Shown here piece after piece: positions 15,001-28,667 of a stretch of DNA of 64,000 bases. Under the pieces are notes generated by a model. It worked only from the letters and a program-made list of their open reading frames with translations. It had not been told where the DNA came from and did no database searches. The stretch's first letter is position 1, and every line of letters starts with the position of its first letter. A program made the position numbers and the translations under genes. The DNA comes from Balanoglossus misakiensis. Taxonomy: Eukaryota > Animalia > Hemichordata. Location of the stretch: the NCBI GenBank assembly GCA_040954595.2, contig CM082584.2:1412281-1476280 (forward strand), in the 5' to 3' direction.

Positions 15001-18000
15001 GACGAAATTTTGAGATTTTGCAAAGTCGAAAATTTTGTCATTTTTTGATGATTTTCAACCATGATTTTTTTTCAAAAATCGACGAAAATTTGAGATTTTG
15101 CAAAGTCGAAAATGTGTCATTTTTTGATGATTTTCACCCGTTTTTTTTTCAAAATTTGTCATTTTTTGATGATTTTTACCCATGATTTTTTTTCAAAAAT
15201 GGACGACATTTTGAGATTTTGCAAAGTCGAAAATTTGTTATTTTTTGATGATTTTCACCCATGTCTTTTTTTAAAAATCGACGAAATTTTGAGATTTTGC
15301 AAAGAGGAAAATTTGTCATTTTTTTCATGATTTTCCCCCATGATTTTTTTCAAAAATCGACGAAATTTTGAGATTTTGCAAAGTCGAAAATTTGTCATTT
15401 TTTGATGATTTTCACCCATGATTTTTTTTCAGAAATGGACGAAATTTTGAGATTTTGCAAAGACGAAAATGTGTCATTTTTTGATGATTTTCACCCGTTT
15501 TTTTTTCAAAATTTGTCATTTTTTGATGATTTTTACCCATGATTTTTTTTCAAAAATGGACGAAATTTTGAGATTTTGCAAAGTCGAAAATTTGTTATTT
15601 TTTGATGATTTTCACCCATGTCTTTTTTTAAAAATCGACGAAATTTTGAGATTTTGCAAAGAGGAAAATTTGTCATTTTTTTCATGATTTTCCCCCATGA
15701 TTTTTTTCAAAAATCGACGAAATTTTGAGATTTTGCAAAGTCGAAAATTTGTCATTTTTTGATGATTTTCACCCATGTCTTTTTTCAAAAATCGAAAAAA
15801 TTTTGAGATTTTGCAAAGTCGAAAATTTGTCATTTTTTGATGATTTTCACCCATGATTTTCTTCAAAAATCGACGAAATTTTGAGATTTTGCAAAGTCGA
15901 AAATTTGTCATTTTTTGATGATTTTCACCTATGATTTTTTTCAAAAATCAACAAAATTTTGAGATTTTGCAAAGTCGAAAATTTGTCATTTTTTTGATGA
16001 TTTTCACCCATGATTTTTTTCAAAAATCGACGAAATTTTGAGATTTTGCAAAGTCGAAAATTTGTCATTTTTTGATGATTTTCCCCCGTTTTTTTTTAAA
16101 ATGGACGAAATGTTGAGATTTTGCAAAGACGAAAATTTGTCATTTTTTGATGATTTTCACCCATGATTTTTTCAAAAATTGACGAAATTTTGAGATTTTG
16201 CAAAGTCGAAAATTTGTCATTTTTTGATGATTTTCACACATGATTTTTTTCAAAAATCGACGAAATTGTGAGATTTTGCAAAGACGAAAATTTGTCATTT
16301 TTTGATGATTTTCACCCATGTCTTTTTTTAAAAATCGACGAAATTTTGAGATTTTGCAAAGAGGAAAATTTGTCATTTTTTCATGATTTTCCCCCATGAT
16401 TTTTTTCAAAAATCGACGAAATTTTGAGATTTTGCAAAGTCGACGAAAATGTGTCATTTTTTGATGATTTTCACCCGTTTTTTTTTCAAAATTTGTCATT
16501 TTTTGATGATTTTCACCCATGTTTTTTTTTAAAAAATCGACGAACCTATGATTTTTTTAAAAATCGACGAAATTTTGAGATTTTGCAAAGAGGAAAATTT
16601 GTCATTTTTTCATGATTTTCCCCCATGATTTTTTTCAAAAATCGACGAAATTTTGAGATTTTGCAAAGTCGAAAATTTGTCATTTTTTGATGATTTTCAC
16701 CCATGATTTTTTCAAAAATTGACGAAATGTTGAGATTTTGCAAAGTCGAAAATTTGTCATTTTTTGATGATTTTCCCCCATGATTTTTTTCAAAAATCGA
16801 CGAAATTTTGAGATTTTGCAAAGTCGAAAATTTTGTCATTTTTTGATGATTTTCAACCATGATTTTTTTTCAAAAATCGACGAAAATTTGAGATTTTGCA
16901 AAGTCGAAAATGTGTCATTTTTTGATGATTTTCACCCGTTTTTTTTTCAAAATTTGTCATTTTTTGATGATTTTTACCCATGATTTTTTTTCAAAAATGG
17001 ACGAAATTTTGAGATTTTGCAAAGTCGAAAATTTGTTATTTTTTGATGATTTTCACCCATGTCTTTTTTTAAAAATCGACGAAATTTTGAGATTTTGCAA
17101 AGAGGAAAATTTGTCATTTTTTTCATGATTTTCCCCCATGATTTTTTTCAAAAATCGACGAAATTTTGAGATTTTGCAAAGTCGAAAATTTGTCATTTTT
17201 TGATGATTTTCACCTATGATTTTTTTCAAAAATCGACAAAATTTTGAGATTTTGCAAAGTCGAAAATTTGTCATTTTTTGATGATTTTCACCCATGATTT
17301 TTTTTCAAAAATGGACGAAATTTTGAGATTTTGCAAAGTCGAAAATTTGTCATTTTTTGATGATTTTCACCTATGATTTTTTTCAAAAATCGACGAAATG
17401 TTGAGATTTTGCAAAGTCGAAAATTTGTCATTTTTTGATGATTTTCACCAATGTTGTTTTTAAAAAATCGACGAACCCATGATTTTTTTCAAAATCGACG
17501 AAATTTTGAGATTTTGCAAAGTCGAAAATTTGTAATTTTTTGATAATTTTCACCTATGATTTTTTTCAAAAAAAGACAAAATTTTGAGATTTTGCAAAGT
17601 CGAAAATTTGTCATTTTTTGATGATTTTCACCAATGTTGTTTTTAAAAAATCGACGAACCCATGATTTTTTTCAAAAAAAGACAAAATTTTGAGATTTTG
17701 CAAAGTCGAAAATTTGTCATTTTTTGATGATTTTCACCAATGTTGTTTTTAAAAAATCGACGAACCCATGATTTTTTTCAAAATCGACGAAATTTTGAGA
17801 TTTTGCAAAGTCGAAAATTTTGTCAATTTTGATGATTTTCACCCATGATTTTTTCAAAAATTGACGAAATTTTGAGATTTTGCAAAGTCGAAAATTTGTC
17901 ATTTTTTGATGATTTTCACCCATGATTTTTTTTAAGAAATCGACGAAATTTTGAGATTTTGCAAAGTCGAAAATCTGTCATTTTTTGATGATTTTCACCA

Positions 18001-21000
18001 ATGTTGTTTTTAAAAAAATCGACGAACCCATGATTTTTTTCAAAATCGACGAAATTTTGAGATTTTGCAAAGAGGAAAATTTGTCATTTTTTCATGATTT
18101 TCCCCCATGATTTTTTTCAAAAATCGACGAAATTTTGAGATTTTGCAAAGTCGAAAATTTGTCATTTTTTGATGATTTTCACCCATGATTTTTTCAAAAA
18201 TTGACGAAATGTTGAGATTTTGCAAAGTCGAAAATTTGTCATTTTTTGATGATTTTCACCCATGATTTTTTTCAAAAATGGACGAAATTTTGAGATTTTG
18301 CAAAGACGAAAATTTGTCATTTTTTGATGATTTTCACCCATGATTTTTTTTCAAAAATCGACGAAATTTTGAGATTTTGCAAAGAGGAAAATTTGTCATT
18401 TTTTCATGATTTTCCCCCATGATTTTTTTCAAAAATCGACGAAATTTTGAGATTTTGCAAAGTCGAAAATTTTGTCATTTTTTGATGATTTTCAACCATG
18501 ATTTTTTTTCAAAAATCGACGAAAATTTGAGATTTTGCAAAGTCGAAAATGTGTCATTTTTTGATGATTTTCACCCGTTTTTTTTTCAAAATTTGTCATT
18601 TTTTGATGATTTTTACCCATGATTTTTTTTCAAAAATGGACGACATTTTGAGATTTTGCAAAGTCGAAAATTTGTTATTTTTTGATGATTTTCACCCATG
18701 TCTTTTTTTAAAAATCGACGAAATTTTGAGATTTTGCAAAGAGGAAAATTTGTCATTTTTTTCATGATTTTCCCCCATGATTTTTTTCAAAAATCGACGA
18801 AATTTTGAGATTTTGCAAAGTCGAAAATTTGTCATTTTTTGATGATTTTCACCCATGATTTTTTTTCAGAAATGGACGAAATTTTGAGATTTTGCAAAGA
18901 CGAAAATGTGTCATTTTTTGATGATTTTCACCCGTTTTTTTTTCAAAATTTGTCATTTTTTGATGATTTTTACCCATGATTTTTTTTCAAAAATGGACGA
19001 AATTTTGAGATTTTGCAAAGTCGAAAATTTGTTATTTTTTGATGATTTTCACCCATGTCTTTTTTTAAAAATCGACGAAATTTTGAGATTTTGCAAAGAG
19101 GAAAATTTGTCATTTTTTCATGATTTTCCCCCATGATTTTTTTCAAAAATCGACGAAATTTTGAGATTTTGCAAAGTCGAAAATTTGTCATTTTTTGATG
19201 ATTTTCACCCATGTCTTTTTTCAAAAATCGAAAAAATTTTGAGATTTTGCAAAGTCGAAAATTTGTCATTTTTTGATGATTTTCACCCATGATTTTCTTC
19301 AAAAATCGACGAAATTTTGAGATTTTGCAAAGTCGAAAATTTGTCATTTTTTGATGATTTTCACCTATGATTTTTTTCAAAAATCAACAAAATTTTGAGA
19401 TTTTGCAAAGTCGAAAATTTGTCATTTTTTTGATGATTTTCACCCATGATTTTTTTCAAAAATCGACGAAATTTTGAGATTTTGCAAAGTCGAAAATTTG
19501 TCATTTTTTGATGATTTTCCCCCGTTTTTTTTTTAAAATGGACGAAATGTTGAGATTTTGCAAAGACGAAAATTTGTCATTTTTTGATGATTTTCACCCA
19601 TGATTTTTTCAAAAATTGACGAAATTTTGAGATTTTGCAAAGTCGAAAATTTGTCATTTTTTGATGATTTTCACACATGATTTTTTTCAAAAATCGACGA
19701 AATTGTGAGATTTTGCAAAGACGAAAATTTGTCATTTTTTGATGATTTTCACCCATGTCTTTTTTTAAAAATCGACGAAATTTTGAGATTTTGCAAAGAG
19801 GAAAATTTGTCATTTTTTCATGATTTTCCCCCATGATTTTTTTCAAAAATCGACGAAATTTTGAGATTTTGCAAAGTCGACGAAAATGTGTCATTTTTTG
19901 ATGATTTTCACCCGTTTTTTTTTCAAAATTTGTCATTTTTTGATGATTTTCACCCATGTTTTTTTTTAAAAAATCGACGAACCTATGATTTTTTTAAAAA
20001 TCGACGAAATTTTGAGATTTTGCAAAGAGGAAAATTTGTCATTTTTTCATGATTTTCCCCCATGATTTTTTTCAAAAATCGACGAAATTTTGAGATTTTG
20101 CAAAGTCGAAAATTTGTCATTTTTTGATGATTTTCACCCATGATTTTTTCAAAAATTGACGAAATGTTGAGATTTTGCAAAGTCGAAAATTTGTCATTTT
20201 TTGATGATTTTCCCCCATGATTTTTTTCAAAAATCGACGAAATTTTGAGATTTTGCAAAGTCGAAAATTTTGTCATTTTTTGATGATTTTCAACCATGAT
20301 TTTTTTTCAAAAATCGACGAAAATTTGAGATTTTGCAAAGTCGAAAATGTGTCATTTTTTGATGATTTTCACCCGTTTTTTTTTCAAAATTTGTCATTTT
20401 TTGATGATTTTTACCCATGATTTTTTTTCAAAAATGGACGAAATTTTGAGATTTTGCAAAGTCGAAAATTTGTTATTTTTTGATGATTTTCACCCATGTC
20501 TTTTTTTAAAAATCGACGAAATTTTGAGATTTTGCAAAGAGGAAAATTTGTCATTTTTTTCATGATTTTCCCCCATGATTTTTTTCAAAAATCGACGAAA
20601 TTTTGAGATTTTGCAAAGTCGAAAATTTGTCATTTTTTGATGATTTTCACCCATGATTTTTTTTCAGAAATGGACGAAATTTTGAGATTTTGCAAAGACG
20701 AAAATGTGTCATTTTTTGATGATTTTCACCCGTTTTTTTTTCAAAATTTGTCATTTTTTGATGATTTTTACCCATGATTTTTTTTCAAAAATGGACGAAA
20801 TTTTGAGATTTTGCAAAGTCGAAAATTTGTTATTTTTTGATGATTTTCACCCATGTCTTTTTTTAAAAATCGACGAAATTTTGAGATTTTGCAAAGAGGA
20901 AAATTTGTCATTTTTTTCATGATTTTCCCCCATGATTTTTTTCAAAAATCGACGAAATTTTGAGATTTTGCAAAGTCGAAAATTTGTCATTTTTTGATGA

Positions 21001-21452
21001 TTTTCACCCATGTCTTTTTTCAAAAATCGAAAAAATTTTGAGATTTTGCAAAGTCGAAAATTTGTCATTTTTTGATGATTTTCACCCATGATTTTCTTCA
21101 AAAATCGACGAAATTTTGAGATTTTGCAAAGTCGAAAATTTGTCATTTTTTGATGATTTTCACCTATGATTTTTTTCAAAAATCAACAAAATTTTGAGAT
21201 TTTGCAAAGTCGAAAATTTGTCATTTTTTTGATGATTTTCACCCATGATTTTTTTCAAAAATCGACGAAATTTTGAGATTTTGCAAAGTCGAAAATTTGT
21301 CATTTTTTGATGATTTTCACCCATGATTTTTTTCAAAATTGACGAAATTTTGAGATTTTGCAAAGTCGAACATTTCTCATTTTTTGATGCATTTTCACCC
21401 ATGATTTTTTTTCCAAAATCGACGAAATTTTGAGATTTTGCAAAGTCGAAAA
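1..21452. repeat. Satellite DNA array, ~78-bp monomer (about 275 monomer-lengths), open at the window's left edge
   Basis: Consensus AAAAATCGACGAAATTTTGAGATTTTGCAAAGTCGAAAATTTGTCATTTTTTGATGATTTTCACCCATGATTTTTTTC repeats continuously. The ORF track shows the matching 26-aa period (MGENHQKMTNFRLCKISKFRRFLKKI). The array ends abruptly at ...GCAAAGTCGAAAA|CAAGCATC. Confidence 0.98.
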
Positions 21453-22980
21453 CAAGCATCGTCCGATTCGAATTCGACTCGTCATCGGTAGCTTTGTTTA
21501 TTTCGCCCTTGGAGACCTCCCCTGGCCTCGTTAGGATGACTGTTACCAGGACTACCTTAAACCAATCTTTTCGAACCGGACGGTACACACGTCATGTCTT
21601 TGTTAATTGTCCAGGTACCAGAGTGTACGTGTGGGCTCCCTAAACCACTCATTGGCGGCCGGTCCCTGTCCGAATAAACACGTTTGACAGACAAAAAATG
21701 ATGAACAAGTGGCTTATTTCAATACTTCGTTAACTAGACGGCTGAACTCTGAATGTTGATTCAGCAAAAAAAATGTGTTTACGGCAAGGTTTCGATCAAT
21801 ACGACACATTTACCATTGAAAACGCCCAAAGTAAGTGGGGGCGTTTGACCATCAATCAAAACCAAGCCCAGGTGCATGTGAACGGCCGAAGCAGTGTAAC
21901 GTTTCACATTCCGTGCAACGTCCGACACTGTGTGAAAGCGGTTGCTGTCGGGTGGCTTGACCTAATTTTCGTACATTGATATGCATTTGACACCTCACTA
22001 CCTGTTTTCTCAATATTGCTAAAACTTTGCGTTGAAATATCACTGAAATGTTGATGATCCACGCACAAGTCGTCTACCCCGGCATGAAAAGCGTCTTATA
22101 CAAGAAAACTAATTGCACATGACCACCAAGGTCATACCGCAAGGTGTGTCTAAATGTCAAGGAAGGACACTTGGGTCAAGAACGACCATGACGGAGGAAA
22201 AACCGACAAGTCATTGTGTAACCTGTTTACTTGCCAATAGTCAAACGTCAAAATTTACTCTCAACTTGGTTGCAGATCGAGTCTCCCGAATTTCCTATTT
22301 TTATGATTGGGTAAATACCGATATGCGACTGGTATGCGACGCGTTGACGACGCGAAGATTTTGTTGAAATCAAATGGTTTGTCAAATGTCATCTCACACT
22401 GGAGATACCGTGGTCATCTGACATGAAAGGGTTCGATTGGGTCTGACCGCCGTCGTTCATCCATGCTTAGAAAGCGGCGATCATGGTACAAAGTAAAACC
22501 AAGGTCAAACCTTACTGAACACATGTATTGCATGGAGAAACTTTTCTCCCTGTCTGTGTACTGAACACGTACCGTGATTGCCATAGTTACAAACGTTACC
22601 ACGTGAGAGAGATTGCATTTTACATCTGTCTTTTCAATTTTGTTGCTTTCTTACTATTCGGAATGATGGAGTCGAAACGAAAACTTTTTGCTTCAGGTGG
22701 ACCTAGGGGAAATACCTTATTTGTGACTTTTTTCATGACCCTAAAAAGACGTCGGAATTAATGTGGCTGAGGTCACTCAGGACGACGGAATGGTTGAGCG
22801 ATTTTATTTTATGAGCTCCCACTAGTATTTGTTTTATTGTTTCGGCAGTGTGTCGCGTTATTCGAGCAATCTGCAGTCTGAAAACGAACGGTTTTCAAAG
22901 TTTATAACAGAAGAACAGGGGTTTAAGCATGAAAGGTCCTGTTGTCTCCCTCGCTGTGTTTGTGTCACTGTGTCTTTGAC

Positions 22981-23182
22981 GTCTGACTGACTGATTAACT
23001 GGCTGACTGACTTACTGACTGTCTGTCAACGTCGGTCTGTCTGACTGTCTGCCCCCTCTCTCTGAGAGAGAGAGTGAGCGAGCGAGCGAGCGAGCGACCG
23101 GTGAGTGTCTCTACTGATGAATGTTGCTCTGTCTGTCTGCTTGTGTCTGTCTGCCACTCTGCCTGTTTCACTCTGTCTCTCC
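22981..23182. repeat. Compound microsatellite (GACT)n/(GA)n/(GAGC)n/(GTCT)n
   Basis: Directly visible short tandem runs, e.g. CTGACTGACTGA, GAGAGAGAGAG, GAGCGAGCGAGCGAGCGAGC. Confidence 0.8.
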
Positions 23183-23962
23183 TAATTTCTTTAAAATTAG
23201 GGATATGCTATTAATGCGATATGAAAGTCAGACACGACGGAAACCTTTTATTCTCAAAACTGTCTGTTGTTTGCTGTTAAATATTGCAAAAGGTTAAGGG
23301 CCCTTTTCGCACGAGACACATGGCTTTGCAGCCGTAGCTCCCAATGTCATAACGATTACCCGAACTACCCTAATTTTAGCCCGCCGACCCAAAACAGTTT
23401 AGATCTTCGCAAACCGGAAGTAAAAATAACGATGTCAAATATAAAACAATTCATGAAAATTGCGAGAATCACGCAAGAACTATGATGTCATTCTTCTACA
23501 CTACGACGGCCAAAGATATAAAAAAAATTGAAAAATAAAAAAATGTCCCTTTCTACCTACAATATTTTTGAAAACCATGTAATCGGAATAGCACATATTA
23601 GTTTTTTTGGCCTGAGACATATCCAATTTCCCAACTGAACATGACACGTGATCAAGCATTTTCGACTTATCAGATGCAATCGCTGAACACCTCACACTGA
23701 GCGAGGTTTTGTCTGTCTTTATACGCGCCCTTTGTATTTGTGCGTGACATGTCCAAGCCTTGTTAGGAACTCCCGTAAAATTCTACTCAAATGATGTATA
23801 CTTTCATACTTATGACTGACAGGTATTTTCAGCGTTGCCAGCTGATTGTTTGTCAGGTACCGCTTTATAACAAGACGCCCCTCTGAGTTGATAACCTGCA
23901 ATGTAACATCATTCAATTGGTCTAGTCATGTTAGCATTAGTAAAATGCTTCAAAAGTGTTAA

Positions 23963-24253
23963 AGGGACATGATACAAGACACCGTTTATGTTAGTGAATG
24001 AACGTTCAACCACACACAACTTCCATCCGGCTTGTATGATACGAGAGTAAAAACTCGCCCGAAATGAATAAATGGTAGAGACCGTTTATTCATTTTGGCT
24101 ACTTTTTAAAACTCTCGTGTCTATACAAGCGGGGTGGAAGGTGTGTATGGTTGAACGTTGGTTCACTATATCCATATGTAGAATAATATAAACGCAGTCT
24201 TGTATCAAACATAATTAATGGAAAAAGGGCAGCGAGAGAGAGACTTTGTCCCT
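23963..24253. mobile_element. Palindromic TTAA-targeted MITE (Kolobok-type ends), left arm internally deleted
   Basis: TTAA|AGGGACA ... TGTCCCT|TTAA with TTAA at 23959-62 and 24254-57. The internal sequence matches the copies at 25952 and 50708. Confidence 0.85.
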
Positions 24254-24850
24254 TTAATGAATACAGCCACAATGTTCTGTTTATATCTACTGACGGACCA
24301 GGCATGGATTGTCACGTATAATTCTTTGAAACGTTTGGTCCTCTGAAGAAATCTGAGCACTCATCTACTCAGTTTGCTTATTTTGTCTTCCTCCACCAGT
24401 CAGTGGTATCGTCCGATTTGATACTCCACTCTAAGCCTCTTTCTGAATGGCTCTTTAAGTTGTGATCTGTAAGTCTTAAACCTTTCATCATCCCCCCCCC
24501 CCCCCCCGTTTCCTCTTTAGAGGTCGTCAACTGGTAAACTGTGCGCCTGTGTCTCTTCCCATAGGAGTACATGGAGAATAGTTAGAAAACTCACTTCTAC
24601 TATTGTCATTTTCATGAAATTTTACACATAGCTCCGACAAATCAAAATAAATTCATCACGCTCTATTTTGAGATAAACTTTGTTCAATATTGTATCCATA
24701 GGCAAACCATTGGTAGAAAATGCTGACCGTCAGCAGTTTTCTTCAATTATCGACTAAATTCACGGCCTTGTTTAAAGTCGAAAACAAGTGCAGTGACCCA
24801 AAATGGATTTTCATTATACATACAAATCAGAAACGAAAATCCACGATTAA

Positions 24851-25158
24851 AAGAAATGACAATACAAAACACCGTTTATGTTAATGTAAATGTGGATATA
24901 TAGTGATGCAACGTTCAACCGCACACACCTTCCATCCCGCATGTAGACACGAGAGCGAAAACTCGCAAAACTGAAAAATCGGTCTCTACCATTAATTCAT
25001 TTTGGGCGAGTTTTTACTCTCATATCATACAAGCAGGATGGAAGTTGTGTGTGGTTGAACGTTCATTCACTACATATACACATGCCCATTAATATAAACG
25101 GTGTCTTGTATCAAACATAATTAATAGAAAAGGGCGACGAGAGAGAGAGTTTGTCCCT
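24851..25158. mobile_element. Same TTAA MITE family, degenerate left end
   Basis: The right end GAGAGAGTTTGTCCCT|TTAA is intact and the internal foldback arms (ACACCGTTTATGTTA...TATAAACGGTGT) are shared with the family. The left boundary is approximate. Confidence 0.75.
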
Positions 25159-25951
25159 TTAAGGCGACATGATGCATGAAGTGGCGAGAGATAAACGCGG
25201 CTGACCACCGCATTAAACACTGTCAAGCAAGGCACTTCAAATGCCAATTGTTTAAGTGTGTACTAAGTAATAGGTTCATGTACCATGGGGGGGGGGGGGG
25301 GGGTCAAATCACAACAGTTGCAGTCTGATTTCAGGGTACCTAATTTACATGCATTTGCATAAAATCATTTCAAATGAACAGCGCCCCCGTGCTTAAGTAT
25401 GTGTCCGTTAGGATTTTTTCCCGAGGTACCGATAATCTCACTTTTCCAGCTTAATACTGCGTTAGAAGAATTATTCTCATCCCGAAACTGACGTATACCC
25501 GGTAAGTTGCTGTTTCTATCATATTTCACGCCATTGTTAGTCCAAAGAATTAGGTTATACGCGTTTCGAGTGGTGTGCCCGTACAGACTTTCACGATTTT
25601 TCCGTGATTTTCAACACTGCCCCGCGTCTAAGTGCCGGTTTTTAAAAATCGAAAATTGACATAAATCGTTGAGTTGATTATTGTTTTATCGAAATTTGCG
25701 TATTTTTAGTCTGCTCAAGGTCCGGAAAAATTGCGAACGCCTGTTTACTGAGTGTGTGTATGTACCGTGTTCTAACATGGCGGCGGAAGGAATCCATACC
25801 CGGAAGTAGCGAATGCGCGACTGTGGCAAGCTATTTTAGATCATTATGTCCCGGTCCAATTTCGTAATTTTCTTGCTGAGAGCTCTGATTGGACATGATT
25901 TTTGGCGCAATGATGGGACAGTAGGTGTCCAGACGTCATCGTAGACCTTAA

Positions 25952-26296
25952 AGGGACAAAGTCTCTCTCTAGCTGCCTTTTTTTCCATTAATTATATTTG
26001 ATACAAGACACCGTTTGTTATTCTACATGTGGATATATAGTGAATCAACGTTCAACCACACACAACTTCCATCCCTCTTATAGACAGGAGAGTGAAAAAA
26101 CTCGCCAAAATGAATAATCGTTCTTTACCATTTATTCATTTTGGGCGAGTTTTTACTCTCATATCTTACAAGTGGGATGGAAGTTGTGTGTGGTCGAATG
26201 TAGATTTACTATATATCCACATGTACATTAACATAAACAGTGTCTTGTATCAAACATAATTAGTGGAAAAAGGGCAGTGAGAGAGACTTTGTCCCT
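25952..26296. mobile_element. Full-length 345-bp foldback MITE, TTAA TSD, AGG...CCT termini (Kolobok-type)
   Basis: TTAA(25948-51)|AGGGACAAAGTCTCTCTC ... GAGAGACTTTGTCCCT|TTAA(26297-300). Almost the whole element is an imperfect inverted repeat. Confidence 0.92.
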
Positions 26297-27839
26297 TTAA
26301 GTAAGCGCGCCGGAGGGAAAGTTTCCCGGGCAGCATCATTCCTTGCTTGGCGTGCACTGTTGCAGCAGTGTCGTGTGTGTGTGGAAGCCGGAGCAAGTGT
26401 TTCTCAAATCTCTTGTTGAGAACTTCACCAATAATTATCGTACGGCTTACAGTTTGTTTCTTTGTCTTTCAGGAGACAACGAAGAAAGAAGTGCGTCTGT
26501 GCTGATCGATCGGTGTTTTACTTTTAGTGAGTCTGCCTGTAGTGTGGTTGGTGGCCAGTTCCCACACTTTTTTGCATTCAGGAGTTTCCTGTATTAATCT
26601 TGCTTTCCTCAGTTGTTACCTTTTATATATTATATTGTATTTATTTGACAATAAAAATTAAAAAGGTAAATTTCATTAACTGTTATTGTTTGAGTATTAC
26701 TGAACAGGCATTTTCCAGTCTGTGTAGGAGTAGTCTGTGTGGTTTTAGTTTGACTGACAATTGTCTAGTCTGCACTGTGCAGAGTTTTTGAGAACTGATA
26801 TTTAGTCTAGTCTTTGCAGGGTGTGTGTGTGTGTGTGTGAACTGGCATTTGTCTGGGCTGTCTGTGCAGAGTGACAGTGAAAGGCTTTTGTCCAGTCTGG
26901 GCATAGTAACTGATTGGGCATTTATCAGTCTGTCTATGCAAGTCATATTTTTCTATAGTCATTTTCAGTCTTTTAACTGCAACATACTTTGTCTTTGTGA
27001 AGCTTTTCATAATGGTGAGAAAGGGGTCGTTTGTGTTTTCCTCCAAGAGTAGAGATAGTTTGCTGGTTTTAAATAGACTGCTGAGGTCTATGGCAAATGC
27101 CACGGATGGAAGGAATAACATTCTAAACTCCATAAAGACCACTATACATAACAAACTGTGATAACACTAGAAGTGGTAAAAACACCAGTAGAAGTTATAT
27201 TGACAGAGTAAGTGAAGATGATTCAATTCTAGAAATGATTATGAATGAAGAAATGGTGGATACTTTTGAAACGTTTGACATACTAGAGATAGAAGAGGTA
27301 GAACAGGAATACCAATTACCTGAGGAAGATTTACAAGAGAGTACAACAAATGCATATGAAAATGATACAAATAATTACAGTGATTATTCAGATATGGAGT
27401 TAGAAAACTAAATGTAGAATTATAAGGCTGGCAATAATTTTATTGATTGAAAAAATATACATAAAATTCTTAAATTAGAAATAATCAAAAAGAAAAAAAA
27501 TGTTTTTAAAAATTGCCAAATTACCAATCAATGTCAGAAAAAGGAGAGTTGGACCAGTGTAGTCTGTTGTAGTACACCATGATTTCATTGTCAGATTAAC
27601 CTCACAGTCACCACTATGCATACTAAGCTACTATGTACATGTACATACTGTCTATGCAGACCGCCACTTATCCGGGTTAATCTCTAAAACACATGAATAT
27701 CCATTGTCAAAACCTAGGCTGTTATCGAGCATTGATTGTCTCATAACTCATCTGCAATGTTATGTTTAGTGTAAAGTCCCGGCAGACTGCCGGGGACTGT
27801 GATTTGATCTGCCGAGTTTCCGTGTTACGCAATCGAAAC

Positions 27840-28667
27840 GCTTTCGAGTCGTTTCGGCACCGCGGAGTTTCGGCCCCAGTCACTTCGGCACCCAATTTTC
27901 ACGACCCCGGTCTGTACGGCCCCGACACCCCAGTCGTTTCGGTACTTATCGCCAATCGGTACCCTTAAGTAAAATTGAATAAAACGTATGTATTTTTCCT
28001 GAGACTGTTATAAAAGTAATAGTGGTAACCCTAGCAAAAGTAAAATTCAAGCAGACGGGACTAGGAAAATGCAAATTCATAGCAGCGATTAACACAATCT
28101 ATGGCATGTTTTATCGGTCATTATGCAAATACATATTTATCGGTCATTATGCAAATACATCTGTATAGCTCCACAAAGCAGGTCGCGCCGACAAAGCACT
28201 GAGTCGCGCCAAACTATATGCCATTCTACCCGGTTGCAATGCTGTTTAGTTTTCTCACTTTAAGTTAAACTTGTATTCGTATGGAAGAAATAAAAATGTC
28301 GTATAACATATTGCTTTAAATGTACGTGCTGTAACTTAGGCCACAAACTTGGCACGCGTCGGGACTATAATTTATGCACGCAGAACCATTAGATGATGTT
28401 TACCTATTTCATTAGCTACATTAAAATGATACTGTACAGGAAGCGAGAACTAATTCAACTTGTTACTTATCTGAAAGACTGTGGCGCCTTATGATACCCT
28501 TTTAATACGGGTATATACCCGGGGGACCTAGAGCCAAGTTTAGTTGGGCCATTACAGATAAGTACCGAAACGACTGGGGTGTCGGGGCCGAACAGACCGG
28601 GGTCGTCAAAATTGGGTGCCGAAGTGACTGGGGCCGAAACTCCGCAGTGCCGAAACGACCTGTTACC
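27840..28667. mobile_element. Non-autonomous TIR DNA transposon, ~110-bp TIRs, 8-bp TSD
   Basis: GTCGTTTCGGCACC...GGTACTTATC (~27848-27950) is the inverse of GATAAGTACC...GCCGAAACGAC (28557-28659). ATCGAAAC is duplicated at 27832-39 and 28668-75. The superfamily (MULE or hAT) is not determined. Confidence 0.85.

Noticed and set aside
539-21588. Dozens of 60-140-aa ORFs with a 26-aa repeat
   Set aside because: They arise because the 78-bp satellite period is a multiple of 3. They are broken by homopolymer-length changes and occur on both strands.
21442-24788. 15-mer AAAGTCGAAAACAAG shared by the satellite junction (21442) and 24774
   Set aside because: It is short and AT-rich with no extended homology, so it cannot be distinguished from chance.
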